This document shows positions 7,656 through 13,982 of a stretch of 64,000 nucleotides of DNA, one piece after another. Positions within the stretch are counted from its first letter, which is position 1. Every line of letters begins with the position of its first letter. This DNA is from Parcubacteria group bacterium (lineage in GTDB: Bacteria > Patescibacteriota > Patescibacteriia > UBA2169), in NCBI GenBank assembly GCA_016181765.1, contig JACOYR010000004.1, positions 201,853 through 265,852 on the forward strand, read 5' to 3'. The notes beneath the pieces are model-generated. The model ran no database searches. It was not told the origin of the DNA and saw only the letters and a program-made list of their open reading frames with translations. The position numbers were made by a program, and so were the translations under genes.

Positions 7656-10136
7656 ATGCAAAAACAGTTCACAATCTATTTTATTCTTATTTTTATTCTA
7701 GGATTAACTTCGCTTAATTTTATTCAAAAAGTAAAAGCGTCAGATATTCCTGTGCCTATTGCCTACTGGAACCTTAACGACCAGGATGCTATAAATGCTG
7801 GCTTAGCATCCGATCAAATGGGTAACTATAATATGCAAATAGTTGACGGTACTTGGGATAGTAATGCATATGATGGCGGTTCTGTTGTTTTTAGTTGCAT
7901 GAAAACTGATTATAATGCTTGCGGGGCAAAAATCAGTAACGCCCTGCCAGAATTGAGCAAGTTTACTATATTATACAGAGTAAAATTAAAAGGTCCTATT
8001 AACAATACTCTTCGCCGCATCGTTGATTCAACGGGAGGATTTCATACATATTTTGACGGAAACTCAATCATGATTTCAGGAAACGGCATGAAAAATAGTA
8101 TTGATGAACCAATCAGTGTCAGCGAAAATTGGTATCATTTCGCAGTTGTTTACGACAATGCCGATGGTTATTATTTTTATAAAAATGGAAATTTAGCTGA
8201 ATACTCTACGACATCAGGCAATAAGATAAGCAGTGGGATCTGGTCCTTTGGGTATGGTGGTGGTGTCCAGGGCGATGCGAGTGCAAATATTATCCAACTT
8301 GATGAAATAAAAATATATGACACAGCACTTACCTCAGATCAAATTTTAGAAGAAAATAATTACAACGAAATAAGGTGTAAAGCAGATATTTACCAATATG
8401 GTGAGTGGGGCTCATGTCAGCCTGACGGCACAAAAACCAGAACTGCGACCAAAACGTTTAACTGTCCTTATACAAATAATGAACCAGAAAATGCAACAAC
8501 AAGTTGTAGCTATATTCCGCCTACTTGTACTTCTTGGCAATACTCAAACTGGTCGCAGTGTTCGAATAGTGGCCAACAAATAAGAACTATTATTTCATCT
8601 TCGCCAAGTGGCTGTGTTGATGGAAAGCCAATTTTAAATCAAAGTTGTAATTATACTCCTGTTTGTACAGTCAATAATTGGTCGTGTGATAATTGGTCGG
8701 GTTGTTCTTCTGGTGGAACTCAAACCAGATCCTGTAATAAAATTTCAAATTGCGAGGGTGGAATTTCCGCCCCGACCACCTCTCAATCCTGTACCTACAC
8801 TCCGACTTGTTCGGCAGACACTTGGCAGTGTGAAAATTGGGGGTCTTGCTCGCCACAAGGAATACAGGCAAGAAGCTGTACCAGAACCTATGACTGCCCG
8901 TCCGCTGAAACAGCGGCCCCGGCGACATCGCAATATTGCGTAGCCCCAAACCAGCCCAAACAACAATCACCGACCGAGGATTTGGGCATAGTAAACCAAA
9001 GCACAATTATAAAATCCACAGTTAAGCTTGTTTGTCCCGTAAATAGCACCACCGCAAGCCAAGGTTCGGGCACAGTTATCAATTCAACCGGCTTAATTTT
9101 GACCAATAAACACGTCATTGACGATACAGCCGGATGTCTAGTCGGGTTTATTGATGATTATGGCGATGAACCGTATTTTGGCGACAGGCAGATCGCTGAT
9201 ATTTACAAAATATCCAGCGATGCTGATGTTGCTGTTTTGAAATTGAGAAATCCAAGCAACAAGCCGCTAACCTCGATCAGTATTTCTCAAAGCAACAGCA
9301 ACAACATCAAATTGGGAGAAATACTTACTACCTACGGCTATCCGGCAAAATTCGGCACAAAAATAACCTACACCAGCGGCGATTTTAGCGGCGTGGACGG
9401 CAATTATCTGAAAACAACCGCTATTATTGAGCACGGCAATTCCGGCGGAGGCGCGTATTTAAAAAATGGCGCGTTTATCGGCATTCCAACCGCCGTAGTA
9501 AAAGGCAGTTTAAACTCCTTGGGCTATTTACTGTCAATCAATAAAGTAAACAGCTGGCTTAATAATTCTATAGCATATAACTACAATAATAATGACAATA
9601 ATTATTCGCGGGTTTCGGCTTTGTTAGAAGATATAAATTTGAACACTCTTGATTCTTTGGGCCTGTTCTTGCCTGGAGATGAGAAAAATCTTAAAACCCA
9701 AACAGAAAGCCAAAGCGTAATAGCCGAAGAAAAATTGTTGACCACCAAAATTGACAGCAGTTTATCAAGAAGAGTGAGTGGAAATATTCTGTTGCAGGTG
9801 GAAAAGAAAGGCGAAGGGTGGTATGTATATCCGGATAATAAAAAGAAGTATTATTTAGGCCGTCCGGCAGACGCTTTTAGCATTATGCGGAATTTGGGAT
9901 TGGGAATCAAACACAGCGAACTTAGCATTTATCTCAATTCAAAATTTCCCAGCAGATTATCCGGGAAAATATTATTGGATGTTGAGCAAAAAGGCGAAGC
10001 GTATTATATCAATCCAAACGACTTAAAGGGCTACTACCTTAGCAAGCCAGCAGACGCATTCAGAATTATGCGAGAACTCGGGCTGGGAATCACTAATGAT
10101 GACATAAGGAAAATTGACGTTGGTGAGACAGAATAA
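7656..10136 (+). CDS. secreted multidomain protein with a signal peptide, a LamG/ConA-like lectin domain, three thrombospondin-type-1-like Cys repeats, a trypsin-like serine protease domain and two C-terminal repeats of about 60 aa
   Basis: The N-terminus has the hydrophobic segment MQKQFTIYFILIFILGLTSLNF. The LamG-like region reads NWYHFAVVYD…LDEIKIYDTAL. The WxxWxxCSxxGxQxR repeats are CTSWQYSNWSQCSNSGQQIR, WSCDNWSGCSSGGTQTR and WQCENWGSCSPQGIQAR. The TNKHVI segment (His) and the GNSGGGAY segment (Ser) indicate a trypsin-like protease. Tandem repeats at the C-terminus read GKILLDVEQKGEAYYINP… and SGNILLQVEKKGEGWYVYP…. Confidence 0.8.
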   Translation: MQKQFTIYFILIFILGLTSLNFIQKVKASDIPVPIAYWNLNDQDAINAGLASDQMGNYNMQIVDGTWDSNAYDGGSVVFSCMKTDYNACGAKISNALPELSKFTILYRVKLKGPINNTLRRIVDSTGGFHTYFDGNSIMISGNGMKNSIDEPISVSENWYHFAVVYDNADGYYFYKNGNLAEYSTTSGNKISSGIWSFGYGGGVQGDASANIIQLDEIKIYDTALTSDQILEENNYNEIRCKADIYQYGEWGSCQPDGTKTRTATKTFNCPYTNNEPENATTSCSYIPPTCTSWQYSNWSQCSNSGQQIRTIISSSPSGCVDGKPILNQSCNYTPVCTVNNWSCDNWSGCSSGGTQTRSCNKISNCEGGISAPTTSQSCTYTPTCSADTWQCENWGSCSPQGIQARSCTRTYDCPSAETAAPATSQYCVAPNQPKQQSPTEDLGIVNQSTIIKSTVKLVCPVNSTTASQGSGTVINSTGLILTNKHVIDDTAGCLVGFIDDYGDEPYFGDRQIADIYKISSDADVAVLKLRNPSNKPLTSISISQSNSNNIKLGEILTTYGYPAKFGTKITYTSGDFSGVDGNYLKTTAIIEHGNSGGGAYLKNGAFIGIPTAVVKGSLNSLGYLLSINKVNSWLNNSIAYNYNNNDNNYSRVSALLEDINLNTLDSLGLFLPGDEKNLKTQTESQSVIAEEKLLTTKIDSSLSRRVSGNILLQVEKKGEGWYVYPDNKKKYYLGRPADAFSIMRNLGLGIKHSELSIYLNSKFPSRLSGKILLDVEQKGEAYYINPNDLKGYYLSKPADAFRIMRELGLGITNDDIRKIDVGETE

Positions 10137-10259
10137 AAATATCCAATTATTTGTAGACATCTTTCTTGTCTTATTCTAATATATATGCTATTATTAGAAT
10201 AAGCTAATTCTTTATTATAACCGTTAGAATAACGAAACTCCTTATTCTAACCGCAAAAT

Positions 10260-11360
10260 ATGGCTAACCAACCCTTTAATCCGCCCGCCTTACCGCCAAA
10301 AATCAACTATGAGCCACTGATTGACCATATTATCAGGGCCCACCGCGCCCTGGCCGGGCTTGATTCCCTGCTTGGCGCTTTACCCAACCCGAACCTATTG
10401 GGCCGAACCATGCAAACCAAAGAAGCGGTGGAAAGTTCAAAAATAGAGGGTACCCAAGCCACGATCAACGAAGTCTTGGCGTATGAAGCGGAACCGGGGA
10501 AAAAGGAAGATGCCAAGAAAAAACAAGACATAAACGAGATTATAAATTACCGCCAGGCTTTGGACTTGGGAGTAAAAAGTTTAACCACACTGCCGTTGTC
10601 CGAAAACTTGATTAAAAAACTGCATGCCACCCTGCTTAAATCCGGCCGGGGCGCCAATAAAGCGCCGGGTGAATTTAGAAAAATACAGGTGTACATCGGC
10701 AAGCCCGGAGCCACTATTTCCGAAGCGTCATATATTCCCCCGGCTGCTAACGGCATAATCTCCTTATTCAGCAATTTGGAAAAATACCTTAATAGCGGCG
10801 ATGAAAAAGACAAATTAGTGCAAATCGCGGTGGCCCATTATCAATTTGAAGCTATCCACCCTTTTTTGGACGGCAACGGCCGGGTCGGCCGGCTGATTAT
10901 CTCTCTGTTTTTGTACGAGAAAAAATTATTATCGCACCCGTTTCTGTATTTGAGCGAATTTTTTGAGGAGCACCGCCGGGATTATTACGAATTATTGAGC
11001 AATGTGAGCGCCAAGCAGGATTGGGAAAGCTGGATAAAATTTTTCTTGAACGCCCTGGCCACCCAAGCCCAAAAAGCCGAAGCCATTGGCAAGGAAATTC
11101 TGAAACTCCACAGCGGCTATAAAGAAAAAATTATAGCCATCAACTCCATGTATGCCAATAACTTATTGGACGCGATTTTTATTCGGCCGATTTTTACCAC
11201 TGCCAGCCTGCGGCCGCACGTTAAAATGAAAAATACCCAGACATTTTTCAGCTTAGTGGCAAAATTCGCCGCCGCCGGAATTTTAGAAGAAGCCAACCCC
11301 AAAAAAAGACGCAATAAAGTTTATGTCTTCACGGAATTAATGAAGCTTTTGAATAAATAA
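10260..11360 (+). CDS. fic: Fic family AMPylase (Fido) with an N-terminal inhibitory motif
   Basis: The canonical HPFLDGNGRVGR motif is present. The upstream SSKIEG matches the (S/T)xxxE(G/N) auto-inhibition motif of class II Fic proteins. Confidence 0.9.
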   Translation: MANQPFNPPALPPKINYEPLIDHIIRAHRALAGLDSLLGALPNPNLLGRTMQTKEAVESSKIEGTQATINEVLAYEAEPGKKEDAKKKQDINEIINYRQALDLGVKSLTTLPLSENLIKKLHATLLKSGRGANKAPGEFRKIQVYIGKPGATISEASYIPPAANGIISLFSNLEKYLNSGDEKDKLVQIAVAHYQFEAIHPFLDGNGRVGRLIISLFLYEKKLLSHPFLYLSEFFEEHRRDYYELLSNVSAKQDWESWIKFFLNALATQAQKAEAIGKEILKLHSGYKEKIIAINSMYANNLLDAIFIRPIFTTASLRPHVKMKNTQTFFSLVAKFAAAGILEEANPKKRRNKVYVFTELMKLLNK

Positions 11361-11447
11361 AGAGTTTTGGGCAAAGGGCATTCACCCCTAACCCCTCTGC
11401 CCCTTGCCCAAAACAAAAAATAAATTTAAGATTTAAGAAAAAAAAGC
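11361..11447 (+). repeat. repeat B, copy 1: terminator-like hairpin ttttgggcaaagggca…tgccccttgcccaaaa plus an AT-rich tail, directly after fic
   Basis: It is about 90% identical over its first 53 bp to 12658-12745. Confidence 0.7.
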
Positions 11448-11487
11448 CTACCAAAAGACATCAAAAAAAATATTTTTAGAACAGCGT

Positions 11488-11605
11488 ATAACACTGAATA
11501 TGCGGTTCAAAAACATTGCCCCTTAGATATGATCGGTCGCAATGTTTTTTCACCCATATTTGCCTCCGCTACGCTTTGGCAAACATCGCATATTCAGGAA
11601 CGTTG
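11488..11605 (+). repeat. palindromic element A, copy 2
   Basis: The 5' 68 bp are near-identical to copy 1, and it ends with tcgcatattcaggaacgttg. Confidence 0.7.
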
Positions 11606-11943
11606 TAACCGCTCAACAAGACCGTAGAGACCAAAACGATTATTTCCATCAGCAAATAAACATATTCGTAAAAAATTTGAGTGACGGCAATGAGGTGCAA
11701 ATCCTGTCCACCCAAGGAGATGTAAGAGAAACGGGATGGGTTAGTGCAAGCTTTAGTCCTGACAGCAAATACGGCGTATACAATCTAAACAAGCAGCTCT
11801 GGATTCTTGACGCTGAAACTGGAGAAAAAACACAGCTTACAACCGAGTTGAGAGAGTACCGCGAACCTCGTTGGTCTACGGACGGAAATAAAATTATCTA
11901 TACTACGGGTGAAGAAGTAAGATTAATTAAACTGACATTTTGA
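11542..11943 (+). pseudogene. fragment of a TolB-like PD40 beta-propeller protein (probable gene remnant)
   Basis: The translation …SDGNEVQILSTQGDVRE…FSPDSKYGVYN…REPRWSTDGNKIIYTT contains PD40-type repeats. There are only about 100 aa of the domain, and the ORF's 5' end runs into repeat element A, so no credible start exists. Confidence 0.35.
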
Positions 11944-12032
11944 TTCTATCAAATACATATATTTCCCTTGAACCTGCCCATGAGGCGGGCAGACACCCCA
12001 TTAGTTCCCCTCCGCCCTTTACCTATCAATTC

Positions 12033-12563
12033 ATGAAACCAACACCAAACAACTTCGCCTACATTGACGCCGCCAACTTGCACCGGGGCGTTATTCAGCT
12101 TGGCTGGCAATTGGATTACAAGAAATTCCGGATCTGGCTGAAAGAGAAATACGGCGTTAGCCAGGCCTATCTTTTCATCGGTCTGGTGCCCAAGCACAAA
12201 GATTTATACACCAGCTTGCAGGAAGCCGGCTTTACCCTTGTCTATAAAGAAATAACCTATGACGGCGAGGGCAAGGTCAAAGGAAATTGCGACGCTGATT
12301 TGGTGCTTAAAACCACCCGCGACGCTTACGAAAACTCGTTTGCGCAAGCGATTTTGGTTTCCAGCGACGGCGATTACGCCGGCTTGGTTAAATTTTTGCT
12401 GGAAAGAAACAAGTTCATGGGCATTATTTCCCCGTCAGTTTCGGCCAAATGTTCGGTGCTATTGAAACGGACCGGCGCGCGCATAGCGTACATCAATGAC
12501 CAGAGGTCCATATTGGAAATTACAAAAGGCGGCCAAAAAGAAAAAGCCCCCGGCCGGGACTAA
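12033..12563 (+). CDS. NYN-domain (LabA-like) putative ribonuclease
   Basis: Conserved acidic residues of the NYN fold are seen in FAYIDAANL…GNCDADLV…VSSDGDYAGLV. The ORF opens at 11940, but the Met at 12033 is the likely start. Confidence 0.8.
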   Translation: MKPTPNNFAYIDAANLHRGVIQLGWQLDYKKFRIWLKEKYGVSQAYLFIGLVPKHKDLYTSLQEAGFTLVYKEITYDGEGKVKGNCDADLVLKTTRDAYENSFAQAILVSSDGDYAGLVKFLLERNKFMGIISPSVSAKCSVLLKRTGARIAYINDQRSILEITKGGQKEKAPGRD

Positions 12564-12657
12564 CCCCGGCAAGGGTCTTTTTCGTAGTGATAAATACAGT
12601 ATAGCAGTTTGAGGCAAAAAGTCAATATAACTTATAAACAGCCCAAAAACAGACAAA

Positions 12658-12745
12658 GAGTTTTGGGCAAAGGGCATTCACCCCTAACCCCTCTGCCCTT
12701 TGCCTAAAACGGAAAAAACTTATTTTAAAATTTAAGAAAAAGCCG
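12658..12745 (+). repeat. repeat B, copy 2 (after the NYN gene)
   Basis: It carries the same hairpin as copy 1 with one compensating mismatch, and the same aaatttaagaaaaagcc tail. Confidence 0.7.
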
Positions 12746-12785
12746 ATTGAAGAAAAATTCAAAGAAAAAAAATTACATCGCGCAA

Positions 12786-12910
12786 CAGCGCATATGAGGT
12801 TCGGGAAAAAGCGATAATTTGATATAATCAAGGTGTCGCCTTTCCCCTCTCCCAAACCCGCCAAGGAGGCGGGCTTCTCATATGCGCGAACGTTCTGCGA
12901 AATAAAATAA
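12786..12910 (+). repeat. palindromic element A, copy 3 (diverged): outer IR gcgcatatgag/ctcatatgcgc, 3' tail gaacgttctgcgaaataaaataa
   Basis: Its architecture and conserved 3' tail match copies 1 and 2. Confidence 0.55.
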
Positions 12911-12926
12911 TTTTATTCAATTTTTT

Positions 12927-13183
12927 ATGAGTATAGAAAGACCTGAAAACATACAAGAACAGCTTCGGGAAATTTTTTTAAAGGAAGAATATACCTGTCG
13001 CCGGAACAATTAAAAATCATTGATTTCTTGGACCAGATGGGGCGCATTGTCGTTAAAGACGCGGAAGAGATATTGTCCTGCCCGCGGCGCACGGCGCAAT
13101 TGCACTTGCAAAAATTAAAAAAGATTAAAATGATTAAAGCCACCGGCAAAGGCAAATCCACCGCCTATATCGCCAATAAATAA
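12927..13183 (+). pseudogene. winged-HTH regulator (…LSPEQLKIIDFLDQMGRIVVKDAEEILSCPRRTAQLHLQKLKKIKMIKATGKGKSTAYIANK) split by a frameshift in a T7 tract
   Basis: The ATG at 12927 gives MSIERPENIQEQLREIFLKEEYT and then a stop. Frame +2 (read relative to that ATG) continues from 12947 as an HTH with the typical GKG(K/R)ST.Y ending. The two frames join at aatttttttaaagg. Confidence 0.4.
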
Positions 13184-13213
13184 TAAGGGTGTTTAAGGCG
13201 CGCGGTATGTATG

Positions 13214-13813
13214 CTACGCCATAAGCACGTTCGCGCGCTGCGGCTTCCAGAGCACGGTGATGGCGCTCGCGAACGCGAGGCCGGACATCAACACAAACAG
13301 CGCGTCAAAGCCATACTTTGACGCAATCACGGCGCCGGCCACGGACCCGACTGCAGTGGTGTAGTAGGTCATGGCCTCCCACACGCCCCACTGGCGCGCC
13401 GGATGCCGGAAATCCAGGTGCTGGGAATACAACGCGGAAAACGGGGGCGCGTACACTGCCTGCCCGGCTCCGATCACCGCCTCAACGATAAGCAGGGTTG
13501 CGAACGAATCAACCAACGTGTACAAAGCAAACCCAAGTCCGATGATCGCGTACCCGATGCCCACGAACACCCTGCGCGAACCAGACCAGTCGCTCGCCTT
13601 CCCCACAACCAAGGTAAGGGTGCCCGCGACCACGGCGAACACCCCTCCGGCAATGCCCGCATTCAAAATAGAGCCGCCCACATCAGCGATAAACAGCGCG
13701 TAAATGGGCCCAAGCATTGCTTCGGCAAGGAAAATCAGCCCATTGGTGATGAGCAAAAACTGGCGGATTTTGTTGTGCTTCTTTGGTGCCATATCACGAT
13801 ACAAAAAACCCAC
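13214..13813 (-). CDS. MFS transporter, N-terminal six-TM half only (truncated?)
   Basis: Six hydrophobic helices and MFS motif A (GKASDWSGSRRV) are present. The protein is 199 aa, whereas a 12-TM MFS is about 400 aa. The stop lies about 15 bp from the AT-rich island boundary. Confidence 0.7.
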   Translation of the reverse strand: MGFLYRDMAPKKHNKIRQFLLITNGLIFLAEAMLGPIYALFIADVGGSILNAGIAGGVFAVVAGTLTLVVGKASDWSGSRRVFVGIGYAIIGLGFALYTLVDSFATLLIVEAVIGAGQAVYAPPFSALYSQHLDFRHPARQWGVWEAMTYYTTAVGSVAGAVIASKYGFDALFVLMSGLAFASAITVLWKPQRANVLMA

Positions 13814-13982
13814 ACGCTGACTAGCGCGAGCTTGATAATAATGAGGCCCCGGAAAGGTAGAAAATGATGTTTTGTCGGGGCATATATACTATACCACAGC
13901 TAATAAAAAAATACAAGCTTGTGCTCTTTCCGAAAAAATGTGATATAATAACACCGCATTTTTCATCACTTAAAAAACAGAT

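Noticed and set aside
6656-12910. A CRISPR array formed by the repeated elements in the island
   Set aside because: The repeats are long (85-185 bp), few (2-3 copies) and irregularly spaced, with genes between them. No cas genes are present.
5344-13200. A canonical integron, with an IntI integrase and attC sites carrying RYYYAAC/GTTRRRY cores
   Set aside because: The recombinase is 262 aa and lacks the IntI-specific additional domain. The A elements do not show the R''/R' core sites, since their ends are ctgaatatgcgg/cgcatattcag. Only the overall cassette-like geometry is integron-like.
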